Origin: Eledone cirrhosa
Taxonomy: Eukaryota
Direction: 5' to 3'
Length of the DNA stretch: 64,000 nucleotides
Assembly (NCBI GenBank): GCA_964016885.1
Contig: OZ024743.1
Location: 335,172,001 to 335,236,000 of the forward strand
The position numbers and the translations under genes are program-made. Below the pieces are notes generated by a model that saw nothing but the letters and a program-made list of their open reading frames with translations, did not search any database and was not told the origin of the DNA. This document shows, in pieces, positions 31,326-45,520 of the stretch (the stretch's first letter is position 1; each line of letters starts with the position of its first letter).

Positions 31326-31420
31326 GAGGTTGACTTTGCCTTTCATCCTTACGGGGTCGATAAAATAAAGTACCAGTAATGCACTAGGTAGTTGCTGGCC
31401 TTGTGCCTAAAGTAGAATCA
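31326..31420 (+). mobile_element. 5'-truncated SINE with 17-bp TSD
   Basis: attatcattattagtcc at 31309-31325 and 31421-31437. Confidence 0.8.
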
Positions 31421-31439
31421 ATTATCATTATTAGTCCCT

Positions 31440-31680
31440 TGACTTATGTAATTTTCGTAGGGATCCTACTGTTGAAGCAGCACACACTCAAAATAGTCTA
31501 TCAACAGCGGCCGTCAACAAATCAGGTGTGGTCATTTGCGTCCATTCTTTGATATTGCCCAACCAATTTTTGCGTTGGCATCTCCTCCCGCGTCCACCTT
31601 CAACCGTGCATGATGGTCTTGCACAGGCTGTCATGTCGTGTGACGTGGCCAACCCACGCCAGTTTCTTCCTCTTGATTAA
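31440..31680 (-). mobile_element. RTE LINE 3' fragment
   Basis: IKRKKLAWVGHVTRHDSLCKTI...VEGGRGRRCQRKNWLGNIKEWT. Confidence 0.8.
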
Positions 31681-32703
31681 CGGTGGATACCCGATTGGGA
31701 AATATATATATATATATATATATAAACAATTAAGTTAAAGATGTACATCCATATATGTATACTGAAATACTAGTATGTATATGAATACACACACGTATAC
31801 ATATGTAGATGTACCAATTTTTTTTCAGTGGTCACTTTACTGTGAGTGGCCAGCTATTCTGTATGTAAACAAACAGACAAACCGGTTTTTAGAGTCATAC
31901 TGGTTTTTGAGGAAACACCTATCCTCTATTCTCCAGAAAGCCAGACAAGGAATATTGAACTAGTTTCGTTGTTGTTACAACTCATCAGCAATATTTACCT
32001 AACTTCCGGCCTCTCTAGAGAATCGTAAAAGCACATATCGTTATATGCTTTTTCTATGAAAATTAGTAGTGGGCAGACTAATTTGCATAGAGTGTGAGTA
32101 TGTACCGGTTCAACGGAGACGATAAAAACAAATAACGAAACGAAATTAAATTTTGTTTCGTTTGTAACTCACTTTTGTATGACTGACGCTTAAACAATTA
32201 AGTTAAAGATGTACATCGATATATGTATACTGAAATACTAGTATGTATATGAATACACACACGTATACATATGTAGATGTACCAAGTTTTTTTCACTGGT
32301 CACTTTACTGTGAGTGGCCAGCTATTCTGTATGTAAACACACAGACAAACCGGTTTTTAGAGTCATACTGGTTTTTGAGGAAACACCTTTCCTCTATTCT
32401 CCAGAAAGCCAGACAAGGAATATTGAACTAGTTTCGTTGTTGTTACAACTCATCAGCAATATTTACCTATCTTCCGGCCTCTCTAGAGAATCGTAAAAGC
32501 ACATATCGTTATATGCTTTTTCTATGAAAATTAGTAGTGGGCAGACTAATTTGCATAGAGTGTGAGTATGTACCGGTTCAACGGAGACGATAAAAACAAA
32601 TAACGAAACGAAATTAAAAGTGAGTTACAAACGAAACAAAATTTAATTTCGTTTCGTTATTTGTTTTTATCGTCTCCGTTGAACCGGTACATACTCACAC
32701 TCT

Positions 32704-32711
32704 ATGCAAAT
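32704..32711 (+). promoter_or_regulatory. Octamer motif ATGCAAAT upstream of the HHR (also at 33170, 33638, 26196; reverse at 32081, 32549, 25457)
   Basis: Exact octamer at a homologous position in two diverged HHR families; function is inferred only. Confidence 0.4.
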
Positions 32712-32796
32712 TAGTCTGCCCACTACTAATTTTCATAGAAAAAGCATATAACGATATGTGCTTTTACGATTCTCTAGAGAGGCCGGAAGATAGGTA

Positions 32797-32841
32797 AATA
32801 TTGCTGATGAGTTGTAACAACAACGAAACTAGTTCAATATT
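32797..32841 (+). ncRNA. Hammerhead ribozyme (family E representative)
   Basis: aatattg CTGATGA gttg taacaa caac GAAAC ta GTT caatatt; perfect 7-bp stem I; palindromic AACTAGTT. Confidence 0.9.
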
Positions 32842-34065
32842 CCTTGTCTGGCTTTCTGGAGAATAGAGGAAAGGTGTTTCCTCAAAAACCAGTATGACTC
32901 TAAAAACCGGTTTGTCTGTGTGTTTACATACAGAATAGCTGGACACTCACAGTAAAGTGACCAGTGAAAAACTTGGTACATCTACATATGTATACGTGTG
33001 TGTATTCATATGCATACTAGTATTTCAGTATACATATGTGGATGTACATTTTTAACTTAATTGTTTAAGCGTCAGTCATACAAAAGTGAGTTACAAACGA
33101 AACAAAATTTAATTTCGTTTCGTTATTTGTTTTTATCGTCTCCGTTGAACCGGTACATACTCACACTCTATGCAAATTAGCCTGCCCACTACTAATTTTC
33201 ATAGAAAAAGCATATAACGATATGTGCTTTTACGATTCTCTAGAGAGGCCGGAAGATAGGTAAATATTGCTGATGAGTTGTAACAACAACGAAACTAGTT
33301 CAATATTCCTTGTCTGGCTTTCTGGAGAATAGAGGAAAGGTGTTTCCTCAAAAACCAGTATGACTCTAAAAACCGGTTTGTCTGTGTGTTTACATACAGA
33401 ATAGCTGGCCACTCACAGTAAAGTGACCAGTGAAAAAAACTTGGTACATCTACATATGTATACGTGTGTGTATTCATATACATACTAGTATTTCAGTATA
33501 CATATATGGATGTACATCTTTAACTTAATTGTTTAAGCGTCAGTCATACAAAAGTGAGTTACAAACGAAACAAAATTTAATTTCGTTTCGTTATTTGTTT
33601 TTATCGTCTCCGTTGAACCGGTACATACTCACACTCTATGCAAATTAGTCTGCCCACTACTAATTTTCATAGAAAAAGCATATAACGATATGTGCTTTTA
33701 CGATTCTCTAGAGAGGCCGGAAGATAGGTAAATATTGCTGATGAGTTGTAACAACAACGAAACTAGTTCAATATTCCTTGTCTGGCTTTCTGGAGAATAG
33801 AGGAAAGGTGTTTCCTCAAAAACCAGTATGACTCTAAAAACCGGCTTGTCTGTGTGTTTACATACAGAATAGCTGGCCACTCACAGTAAAGTGACCAGTG
33901 AAAAAAACTTGGTACATCTACATATGTATACGTGTGTGTATTCATATACATACTAGTATTTCAGTATACATATATGGATGTACATCTTTAACTTAATTGT
34001 TTAAGCGTCAGTCATACAAAAGTGAGTTACAAACGAAACAAAATTTAATTTCGTTTCGTTATTTG

Positions 34066-34106
<41 letters not shown>

Positions 34107-34994
34107 TTGTCAACTCAAAGCTCTATAAGTAGAAAACACTTATCCAACGTTCGGGGAAGTGGAGCTAAACCTAGATCCCTTTGCTTGCACAAAGCAGTAT
34201 TTAACCACAGAGCTATTCATGTGCCTATTACATATCAGTATGAATATATTTATACATAAAAATTAAATATATTATCTAAAGGAAAAAGTACTTAGTATGT
34301 GCACTAGAACTAAACTATTCTCTTTTATATTAAGGTGACAACATTTCGGTACAAATTGGCGGCGAGTTAGTGGAATCAAATATAAGATAAATAGTGGTAA
34401 CAGATGGAGCATCACTATGAATAAATAGCAATAAAATCTTATTACTTTGGTCGAAATGAGTTTTATATTCATTACATGGTCAAAAGAAAGGAAAATCATA
34501 AAATGTTTGCCTATAAGACGACGTGTGGGTGAGATAAAGTAATTGTGTAAGGTGGTAGTTTTATATACTTGTGTTTGTGTGAATTATACTATGGGCTTAT
34601 TGAGTTATATACATTTCTGTGAATACAACATGGATTAATGGTTAAGCACGTACCTTCGCAATTATTAGATCTAAGATTTAATCTCATAGCCTGAAATCTT
34701 GAGCAAGTGTCATTTACCATAACTTAATGTCAAACCAAGTATTGTGAGTGGAATTAGGGAAACAGAATCAAACGGTCAGAATACTCAGACACTGTGCCCC
34801 GCTGAATCTCCCTAAGAATTATGATAAACGTACACATGTATGTGGGATGGTTAGCGATTAACACGTTAATTTTCCTGCAGGATATTCCGTTAATCAAACA
34901 ATTTGAACATTCATCTTTCCAGCTGATAGAAGGTCCATTCATACAAATTTGAATTTATAAGAAATACAGCATTTGTTATTAAGTAGGTGGGAGG

Positions 34995-35260
34995 GTGGTG
35001 GTATGGCAGTATCTATAGAGCGTTGAACAACATGCTTTGTGGCATAGAGTTACGTCCCTTTACGTTCTGAGTTCAAAGGCCGCCGAGGTTAGCTTTGCCT
35101 TTCATCATTACGGGGTCGATAAAATAAAATACCAGTACATAACGTACTGGGGTCGTTTTAATCGACTTTCTCTACTCATTGGTATTGTTGGTCTTGTGGT
35201 CTTGTGCTTAAATTAGAATTTAATCTTGTTGATCTTGGGCTTAAATCTGAAACCGTTATT
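34995..35260 (+). mobile_element. tRNA-derived SINE
   Basis: Same family core. Confidence 0.8.
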
Positions 35261-36329
35261 TAGTAGGTGTTATTGATAAGAACTGGGATATAGTGGAACA
35301 GAGATATAGTAGTACAGTGAACCGAAAGTTGCAGCATTTCAAAGCAATGACTATGGGTGTATCTTTATAATACAAATAAACATTAACTTCAGTTAAATCG
35401 ATGTTCAATATATTATTAAGGCGGAAAGATCTTTTTTCTTTAAAGCATGTTTACAAAATTTACATTAAAAATTCCGGAAGTCTATTAATAACATTTTATT
35501 CAAATCAAATTATTCATATCAACTAAATATAAGGAGAACATTTATAACAATATTAATTGATGTATCCAGTCTGGTTGAATTTTATAAGAAATATAAATAG
35601 TAAGGTCAAGTTCGATACAAATATTATGAAAAAATATTAATTATATTCAATTTGTATGAAACCTTTATGAAAAAGGTTCTATAAAATAAAAAAATGATAC
35701 GTGATAAGATTTAGAGGCTACTAAAAGTGACTAAATGAACATTTTAGTTTGTTATATTAAACAATTATTTTTACACTCAATTCAGGTATTTTATTGACAG
35801 ACCAATTGAAATGAAACGCTCGCTTTTATGATTTCTTTTTAATGTACTATCAGTTCTGATGTCAATTTAATAACATACTCTAGATGTTGATACTGACATA
35901 TGAAATGAATATGACATTCTGTTTTGTGTGAAGTAGAGCTCGATTTGTGATTATATATGCAAGGTTTGTTGTTGGATAGAATGTTTTGCGATATTAGTTC
36001 TAAGTTCAAATCACACCGAGCTCAACTTTGCCTTTCATCCTTTTATGGTCAATAAAAAAGTACCAGTCTAATACTGGAGTCGATCCTTCCTCTAATTCTC
36101 TTTCTCATTTCCTCTCTCTCACTTTCTATCTTCCTCTGGGAGAAATTTTCTGTATTCAGACCTGGAGAGGATTAAGCTCCACCAGGCTTAAAAATGCCCA
36201 AGAAACGCCGTATTGATATACGACGTCACTACGACTCCCTCATATGTTATGGGACAATTCGTGCATATCTTCAAATATGTCATATAATCAGAGGACAACA
36301 CACGATGTCATTTAAGAAAACAAATACAA

Positions 36330-36520
36330 GTAATAATTGTTTCTACTTTTGGGGGAGGTGGAAAGTCGATTGAATTGACCCTATCGTCTTACTGGTACTT
36401 TATTTTATCGACCCCGTAAGAATGAAATGTCAAAGCAAGCCTCGAGGTAATTTGAACTCAGAAAATAAAGGTACGCAACAATATGCCGCAAAGCATTTTC
36501 AATATTGCTATTCCACCGCT
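36330..36520 (-). mobile_element. tRNA-derived SINE
   Basis: Same family core, reverse strand. Confidence 0.8.
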
Positions 36521-36914
36521 CTATATGCAAACAATGGATAAAACAACGTATTTTATAGAATTATTCTGCTAAAATTTCCGCTCCACGACGTAATTTCATA
36601 ATGTGTGTGTATGTGTAGAGTACAACCTCAAGAGAACAAGTCTGCACAATTCTGGTCTATGGAATTATAAATGGAAATAGTTCGCTAAATGTAATACAAC
36701 GGATGAGTTCAAAGGACTTTGTGACAATGAATACAATGCAAAAATAAATAAGATAACGAATGTTGAATAGGCATCACAATGGGAATTAAATATATTAGAG
36801 AAAGGTTACAAATTAGGATGACATTGTAAAAAAGGTTAACCTCTTTTAAATTGTTAAAAGTTTATAAAGATATTTATGGAATCAATCGGTGGTTTACAGG
36901 TTAACGTTACTACA

Positions 36915-37135
36915 TAATGGTTTCTGATTTAGGTACAAGGCTAATAACTTTATTTTTTTGTGGGGGAATGATTTAATCGATTCCGGTGCATCACTGGTGT
37001 TTTATTTTATCGACCCCTAAGGATGAAAAGCAAAGCTAACTTCGGCAGAATTTGAACTCAGAACGTAAAGGAACGTAATTCTATGCCACAAAATATGTTG
37101 TCTGTACTCTACTAATACTGCTAATCCATCACCTT
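36915..37135 (-). mobile_element. tRNA-derived SINE
   Basis: Same family core, reverse strand. Confidence 0.8.
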
Positions 37136-37959
37136 AAGGTAAAGTTACATAATAATATCAAATTCTCTTCTTGATATGAATTCCAAGCGAATGAAAACAA
37201 TATTATTTTTTCATCTCGTGTATTTCAAATACGCAGCCTAACGTTATTGTTCAAATGAGCTATATCTTTTGATCTCATACCCAAAGGTTCATCTTTGTTT
37301 TGCTGTTGTTTCATATCCAATAGAGATGCCACAGAAAAGAATTGATTTTTTTGATATATAATATAATATTGAAGACTGTGTTTCCCATATAGGTGATTGA
37401 TTTATGTTTGATTGAGTAGGCATCTAAAACTAGGTCCTGTAATCAAAGTGTAGTATCTAGCTTTGATATCAGTTTTTGTGTGTGTATGTTTTTTTTACAC
37501 TGGAAAGTATAGAACAATGTATTAATAAAGGTAAATTGATAGTGGGTGGGGTAAACCTTTAGTAATGATGTTTGTTCTAATGATACTTAAATCGGTTTTG
37601 GAAAGATTGATATCTACGTGGTACACTCAAAATGTTTTGATTATCCTTGATATGGTTATAATAATCTAACATGAAAAATCATTGTTTCCCAGTTTGAAGG
37701 TTCGGGCCGCTACAGCACTTTAAAGACTACCAGTCTATGAAGGATGATGGTTAAAGATAGATTCAAGATATATTTAGAATAGAAAATATGGTTCTTGGTT
37801 TACCACTGTTTTAATCCCAGCTCAATATTTCAGCCATAATATTCATCATTTAGTTTGTTCCTTATATATACATGAGTTTATCTCGAGTTGGCGTAACATG
37901 ACTGAAGTTAGACAGGGTTAGACTCCCAGCTACTGCTGACTTTACTGGAGCATATGAAG

Positions 37960-38045
37960 AAGACAACACACAACCCAGTCCAGGAATCGAACCCACGCTA
38001 TTATGATCATAGGTCCAACACCCTTACCACACGGCCACGTGCCTA
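37960..38045 (-). mobile_element. Head of a second tRNA-derived SINE family
   Basis: Reverse strand ggcacgtggccgtgtggtaagggtg...gggttcgattcc (A and B boxes); similar decayed copies near 13370-13515, 34625-34760 and 43135-43400. Confidence 0.6.
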
Positions 38046-38917
38046 CACTATAATAGGGAGTTAAATAAATGTATTAGGTTTGTTTATATTACATTATATA
38101 GCTGTTTGGTTTTGTTTATTTTATAGGAATTAACAAATACGTATTTTCTCGTATTTACTTTTTAATCTTATTCCAAAGAATTTTCTGAAAATGATTGATT
38201 TGTCTGTCGGATTTAATATTTTTATTAAAATAGAATTGATCATCTTCGTTAGGTTTTCTTGATTTAATGGCCCTCCGTTGCTTTCGACGATGAATTCTAC
38301 AGTTATTCACCCAAAGAAACAGATTGATCAAAAATGAACTTGGAAGTAAATGAAATTCCACGGCACATAACCTAATTCTTAATGAGGTTCAACCTGACAT
38401 AATGTGTAACATAGCTGGACATTTGAGTAACAAATACTGCCTATTTGACAGCCTTACAAACAATCTTCACCGATTCAGTATCACAAACAAGGCATAAGAA
38501 TGAAATCATGAAGAAGAATTAAGTAATATTTATAAAAAATGACAATAACTACAAAGATTCACCAAATATGAAATTTCAAAGGTTGGTAAAAGGATATAGA
38601 CATTATAGAAGTTAAGAAGGAAGGTATATATATATATATATATATACATACATACATACAAACATATATACATACAAACATATATATGTTTATATAATAT
38701 CCGTATGTAGTTGATGGACAAGAGTAAGAGGACACAATACGGAAGCAGAGTTTAGATAGTATGGAGTCTCACTTGCGTACAAACAGAATTATCAGACAAT
38801 CTTGTGAGTGCGCATGTGACAATCCAGTGTAACAAGACTGACAACTTAGCCATAATAAATGAACACACACACACACACACACATACATACATATATATAT
38901 ATATACAAACGCACATA

Positions 38918-39342
38918 TAGTAGAACCATTGTACGAGTAATTTGATGTACGAGACGAGGCTAGTCCGAAATTTCGTCTTGTAGTACGAGTAGTCATTCGC
39001 AGTACGAGCGAGTTTCATACAAGTGCCCGCTAGTCGGCGCTCAGTTCGTACACGCTCTCGCAACAATAGTAGACTCCGCTCGCTCAGTTCATTTCGTTGT
39101 GGGAGCATTCATGTGTTTCCCTAATGTTTTTTTTTAAACTTTTTTTAGCTTTTTTGCTTTTATTTTATGGTAACTGCACCTTTTCTGTTTTAAACCCATA
39201 AAAAGTGATTTTTGTTTGGTTTTGTGAGGCTGGAACAGATTATTGTTATTTTAATTAATTTCAATAGGGAAAATTGATTCGTAAAACGAATAAATCATAT
39301 AACAAGCTCGGTCATAAAACGATTTAAACTCGTACTGCGAGG

Positions 39343-39350
<8 letters not shown>
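38918..39350. mobile_element. Non-autonomous Tigger/pogo-derived MITE
   Basis: Right ~130 bp is homologous (reverse complement) to the Tigger terminus at 47094; imperfect TIRs; TA flanks. Confidence 0.75.
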
Positions 39351-39418
<68 letters not shown>

Positions 39419-39456
39419 TGTGTGTGTGCGTGTGCGTGTGCGCGTGTGTGTGTGTG

Positions 39457-39507
<51 letters not shown>

Positions 39508-39649
39508 CATGTGTCGCCGTGTTTAAGTTAGAGACATATATATGTCTGTATCCCCTTCCTTCCTTTTACACACACATACATTCAGACAAACACACAAACA
39601 CACCTTCTGTGACGGACGGACGGATGCATAGAAGTCGCTCAAATTTAAA

Positions 39650-40295
39650 TACATGTGAATGGAGTTCCACTGAAGCAGGTAGAGAAGTTCAAGTATCTCA
39701 GGGCCGTGTTCACGAGTGATGGAATACAGGGGGCTGAATTAAGTTCAAGAACTGCAAAAGCTGATGCAGTAATGCGCCGGCTTCAGCATTCAGTAATCAG
39801 AAGGGATGTAGGTGTAAAAGCCAAACTCGCTGTCTTCCTGGTATTCCTGCCAACCCTTACATATGTTCATGGATCTTGGGTAATGACCGAAAGTATACGA
39901 TTGCAAATAAAAGCGGCCGAAATGTGGTTCCTCTGAAGGATCTTTGGAGAAACTTTAGTCGATAAAGTGCATAGCTCGAAGATCAGAGAGTCACTCCTGG
40001 TAGACCACTAGTTCTCCAGATTGAGATATCACAGCTCCAATGATATGTACATATGGTTAGAATGTCTCAGGAAAGAATCGCTGAATATATTTTACAGGCA
40101 AAACAAACCGGCAGGAGACCCAGAGGTAGACCCTGAGCAAGATAGTTGGATAACATCCATCAGCTTGGCTGGTCGCGCTTTGGGATCCAGCTGGATCAGT
40201 TCGAGATGTTTGTTTCTGACAGACTCGCAGGAACGAGGGGTTAAGGAGGACTCTGCCCTCACGACCCTCTCAGAAATAAGTGGGCGAAGAAGATA
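39650..40295 (+). mobile_element. RTE LINE 3' fragment
   Basis: VNGVPLKQVEKFKYLRAVF...PTLTYVHGSWVMTE...AAEMWFL. Confidence 0.88.
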
Positions 40296-40494
40296 TTATC
40301 AATTTACTTTTCAATTTACATATATTTATATGCATATATATTTGCGTATAATACGCACACCACATACGCTAGCAGAAAACCGCCCGGGGGCGGCTATTCT
40401 CCTGGTTTCTTTAATTAGATTTACACTGCGCAAAAAAAGGAAAAAAAGAGAGAAAGGGTATTTCTTTCGATTGGTGTACTTGTAATAAAAAATC

Positions 40495-40598
40495 CCACCG
40501 AGGTTAACTTTGCCTTTCATAATTACGGGGCGATAACATAAAGTACCAGTAATGTACTGGTTAATTGATGGCCTTGTGCCAAAAGTAGAAACAATTAT
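40495..40598 (+). mobile_element. 5'-truncated SINE
   Basis: Family core. Confidence 0.75.
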
Positions 40599-41791
40599 CT
40601 TAATATAAGTACCTGATAACACCCACCCAGAAGCTGGAAAATATATCTAAAATTATTCATATTACCATTTACGAGTCAATGAGGAAGCCTATATCTGGTG
40701 ACTTGATCGGCTACAAATGGCAACCAAATCTCCCTCATATCGTACCCTGTTGGCTGAAATAATTATATATAAGTATATAACACATACCTCGTAAAGTGAG
40801 AGTACGCATAGCTGGGTACATTTAAATATTCATCTATTCGGGCATAGTTGACGTCTTGGACAGTATCATTGTGTACCCTGGCTATGGGCAGATTAGGTTT
40901 TGTTTCCTTCCCACTGTTTGTGTGTTTGTGCGTGTGTTTGCATGTGTTTATGCGTGTACATGTGTTTCTGCGTGTGTATTAGTTTGTGTGTGTGTGTCTG
41001 TCTGTATGTGTATGCGTGTGTTTATGTAGTTGTGTAGGTGTATGCATGTCAGCTGCTATAAGACAGCTTTTAAAAATCCGTTAAATACCGTTGGAGACGG
41101 GAAAATGTAAAAGCGGCCGCTACGAAGAATCTAACTTCCTATCAATTAGATACCGGCTGAGTCATCTCACCATTGAGCTATGGTGAATTTAGCAGGTAAG
41201 TGGATGAGCCTTCCATTGATACATGTATCAATAACTAAATTCTCAGAATAATTTACCATTAAGCAGCATGTGATGAGACAAATTTAGCACATTGAATTCC
41301 AGGTACAATCTAACCAACGGTATTTTGTCCTAGATGCCTGTCAGTGAAATTGAACTCGTGACTTTATGGTTAAGAAGTGAACTTCTCAACCATTCGGCCC
41401 TGCTGTTTCCACAGGAAATACTAGGACATCAATCGCCATGACATGATAAATTGTTTTACAATTATCATCTATTGTTTGCTATTTTTCTTTTGTATAAGCG
41501 TATAATTATACGCACTAGACTTGAAAGAAATCAACATTTATAGATCGATTAAATAATTCATTGATTAATATTTATTAATTGTTTATGTATGAAGTATGTA
41601 AATGTTTGAAGGCGGTGAATTGTTTCGTCACACAACGTTGGATAAATAAATCATCTGTATTTCTTTTATCTTACTACACTCTAAATTCAAATCTCGCCAA
41701 GAGCAACCAAGCATGATTTTTGTTATCATTCCAGAGTCGATAAATATAATTCCAGCCCGTGACAGGGATCCAATTTTCCTCGCTCTCTTTC

Positions 41792-41822
<31 letters not shown>

Positions 41823-41828
41823 GAGTGC

Positions 41829-41881
<53 letters not shown>

Positions 41882-41902
41882 TGTGTGTATATCTATATAT
41901 GA

Positions 41903-41935
<33 letters not shown>

Positions 41936-42600
41936 AATTAGAATTGGTGCTCTGAAATAGCGATATATATATGAATGTATATATAGTTTATTTTGCAATA
42001 CACTGTATGCTTAATCAAAAGCATTTTGAAGACCATACGCTATTGATTTAAAGTAGCGACATTGTCGCTTACTCAAAATTTCGGCAGGCAGCAGGGGATA
42101 AGTTGACAGCGCTGTTTCATACTCATTGGTACTTGTCAAAACTCAGTACTCCCCCTGTCTGCCGAAAATTATGTATGTTGGATTCTCATAGAATTCCAGC
42201 AACAATCAGGAACTGACTTTACAGAGCGGTCGCCGGCCCAGCAGAAATTGAAAATTAGAATTGGTGCTCTGAAATAGCGATATATATATGAATGTATATA
42301 TAGTGTATATTGCAATACACTGTATGCTTAATTAAAAGCATGTAAAATCAGTTCCTGATTGTTAATGGAATTCTATGAGAATTCAACATACATAATTTTC
42401 GGCAGACAGGGAGAGTACTGAGTTTTGACAAGTACCAATCAGTACGAAACAGCGCTGTCAACTTATCTCCACCTGCCGAAAATTTAAGTAAGCGACAATG
42501 TCGCTATTTAAAAACGATAGCGTATGGTCTTCAAAATGCTTTTAATTAAGCATACAGTGTATTGTAAAATACACTATATATATACATTCATATATATATA
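41936..42600. mobile_element. HHR element, family F: ~317-bp unit, tandem plus inverted
   Basis: aattagaattgg at 41936 and 42253; ~42343-42600 is the reverse complement of ~41965-42222; HHRs at 42099-42145 (-) and 42419-42465 (+). Confidence 0.88.
42419..42465 (+). ncRNA. Hammerhead ribozyme, U3-A8 variant
   Basis: tgagtt TTGACAA gtac caatca gtac GAAAC agcgct GTC aactta. Confidence 0.85.
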
Positions 42601-42601
42601 T

Positions 42602-42922
42602 AGTTGCGTAAGTAGGCGGTATGCAGGTTGAGCACTCGATACTCACGCAGAGCAGAGTGTATTATTATAGATAACGAGGAATCGGTGATGCATCAAACCA
42701 CCATTTATTAATATATTACATATGTTTCTTCGTCGATCAGCTCGAGACATGATCTTTTACATATCGAACCCGACTCTGCATTCGAAAGTTCCTCAGATAT
42801 GTCTTGTGGATTAAAAGCATTCCACTTGTAAAAGATCCTGCCTCGAGCTAATCGACGGAGGAACATATGTAATATGTTAATAAATTGTGGTTTGATGCAT
42901 TACTGATTCCTCGTTGTCTATA
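42602..42922. mobile_element. HHR element, family G, with a partial inverted arm
   Basis: ~42667-42761 is the reverse complement of ~42827-42922; minus-strand HHR at 42713-42800: atat CTGAGGA...(~60 nt)...GAAAC atat GTA atat. Confidence 0.75.
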
Positions 42923-43659
42923 TATTCTCTTGGTCATTCTACCCTACATGTTTCAGTCCTCGGTGACCTTTTACATCATGGATCACAGGCCCCACGCACC
43001 AGGACTGAACAAAGTCTGATTCACCGCCTTGGGTCCTATTACTCTCTTGGCCTCAACTCACCTCCTCAATTTCTCTAATACCCTGTCCATTATCATACCC
43101 CTAGATTCCTATCACTTTCTCTACTTGTGTGTGAAGATGCGAAGCTTAGTGGTTAGGGTATTCGGATTATGGTCGTAAAGTCGTGAGTTAGATGTTTACA
43201 GCTTGAACAAGACACTTTTTGTCACGTTGCTACAGAACATTCTGTGTCACACAGAACATCCATGCTCTGAAGACAACCTTAAGGGCACTCGCGTCTGTGG
43301 AATGTGCATCAACTTCCACATTAATTTCACTAGCGGGTTGTTCCGTCGATTGTATCAGCTGGAACATTCGTCGTTGTAACCGACGGAGTACCAGTTTGCT
43401 TGTGTAGGTGTGTGAGCATCTTCGTGCCTAAACGTTCTGTCGAGATAATTGTTTAAACCTGTGATAAATTGCATATCGAAATGCCAGTTTATCGACGTGT
43501 ACAATAGCTGTTCTTTCTTCAGTGTTAGCTAAAGTGTAACATTTAAATGCAAAGATGAAGTGCTACTTTTGAGTCAGTGTTATATATCCTTTCATGACAT
43601 AAAAAATCAGAATTATGTGTATAGCTGCATATAATTATATAGAAATGTATAAATGTATG

Positions 43660-43930
<271 letters not shown>

Positions 43931-44475
43931 TATAATTATGGCTAAACATTAAGTGTGTATTATTGCATGGATATACTTTTGTACTAAGTATTCATCCGTC
44001 AACAACATACTAATATATATAAATATATCAATGTTTATATATATATATATATGTATATGTGTGTGTGTATGTGTGTGCGTGTGTGTGTGCGTGTGTGTGT
44101 GTGTCTGTCTGTGTGTATGTGTCTGTGTATATAAACTTTGATATCTTTCATATGTTTCGACCAATATTGGCCCATCGCACACGTATATATATATAACACC
44201 ACATGTTATTAAGCCAGGCATCCCACCTCATGTTTTGAACACGATGACCCACTCTAGTAGCGCATCATAATCGACTAGGTTATATCAGGATATCATTGGT
44301 TTATTGGTTTATCTAGTTTTTTTCTTATCTGTAGGAATGTATTTGTTAACCTTATGAATGCTATGGGGATTTTGTTTCTCTCTATATGTTTTGATACACA
44401 TATTAAAGAGAGCAGTGCCAGTTGAAATAGTTGTTGCCAGTTGAAATAGTTGTTGCTTAAAATGTGATGCAATCT

Positions 44476-44527
44476 TGATTTCTGAAGAGCGGCTTTTTAG
44501 CAGAGGGACGAAACCTTTGTCGGGTCA
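44476..44527 (+). ncRNA. Degenerate hammerhead candidate
   Basis: tgattt CTGAAGA ... GAAAC cttt GTC gggtca; stem I relies on three G-U pairs and stem II is weak. Confidence 0.45.
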
Positions 44528-44749
44528 TGAAGCGGATACAACTTTTCAGACCATGCGATATAGTGTGACACTCGCGGCGACAGCGGGAAGAGTAGAGTTT
44601 AGTATAGGAGTGATGGACATTATCCATGATCATTTTAGGGCAATCTAAAATGGAAGACGGAAATTATCCCGAAAGTTGGGAAGGCCTGGATGATTGCAGA
44701 AGCAAACGCTGCTTAAGGCTCCCGAGGAACAGATGGCAGTTCTATACCG

Positions 44750-45098
44750 GACACACATGCATACCATACACACATACATGTACCCACACACATACACATA
44801 CATAGTTACAGAGACACATATGTGTTTGTATGTGCTATGCATATCTTACAACTACAAACACACACATAGACATTCACACAAACAGATGTACACACAGTCA
44901 CAGACATATGTACACAGGCATACGCATATATACATAGACACTTGCACGTACGTGTGTGTATGTTTGTGTGTGTTTGGGCGTGTGTGTATGTTTGTGTGTT
45001 TGGGCGTGTGCGTGTTTGTGTGTGTGTATGTGTGCGTTATACATATCATACACACACACACATGCACATGCATACACAGAGAGCCGTGTGTTTGTGTG

Positions 45099-45133
<35 letters not shown>

Positions 45134-45520
45134 TATGCATATTACACACACACAAATGCACATACACATGAGTGTGTTTGTGTGTGCGCACATGTTTGAG
45201 TGTGTTATACATATCATACACATACGCAAACGCATATACATATGCATACACATACATCCACAGACACACGGGTGCGTTTGTGTGTCAGTGTTCGTGTGTG
45301 TGTGTGTGTGGCAGTGTTCGTGTTTGTGTGTGTGTCAGTGTTCGTGTTTGTGTTTAGGTGTGAGTGTGCGTGTTTGTGTGTCAGTGTCTGTGTGAGTGTG
45401 TGAGTGTGCGTGTTTATGTGTCAGTGTGTGTGTGTTTATGTGTCAGTGTGTGTGTTTATATGCCAGTGTGTTGTTTATGTGTCAGTCTGTGTTTATGTGT
45501 CAATGTGCGTATTTGCGTGT
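44750..45520. repeat. CA/TG-rich low-complexity region
   Basis: Directly visible. Confidence 0.9.

Larger units (their letters stand above)
31724..34070. mobile_element. HHR array, family E: 466-468-bp units, about 1.9 copies on minus then 3.1 copies on plus, head-to-head
   Basis: Near-identical units; inversion at ~32618; (TA)n both sides; five intact HHRs at 31951-31995 (-), 32419-32463 (-), 32797-32841, 33263-33307 and 33731-33775 (+). Confidence 0.93.

Noticed and set aside
31724-34070. CRISPR-like or coding tandem array (repeated 60-62 aa ORFs)
   Set aside because: No unique spacers, eukaryotic context, and the small ORFs are antisense to the ribozyme with no recognisable motif.
38155-38400. 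Possible host exon on the minus strand
   Set aside because: No convincing splice-site pair or recognisable protein motif.
42941-42983. HHR-like GAAACATGTA with stem I atcc/gggt on the minus strand
   Set aside because: The CUGANGA core is too degenerate to call; possibly a decayed copy.
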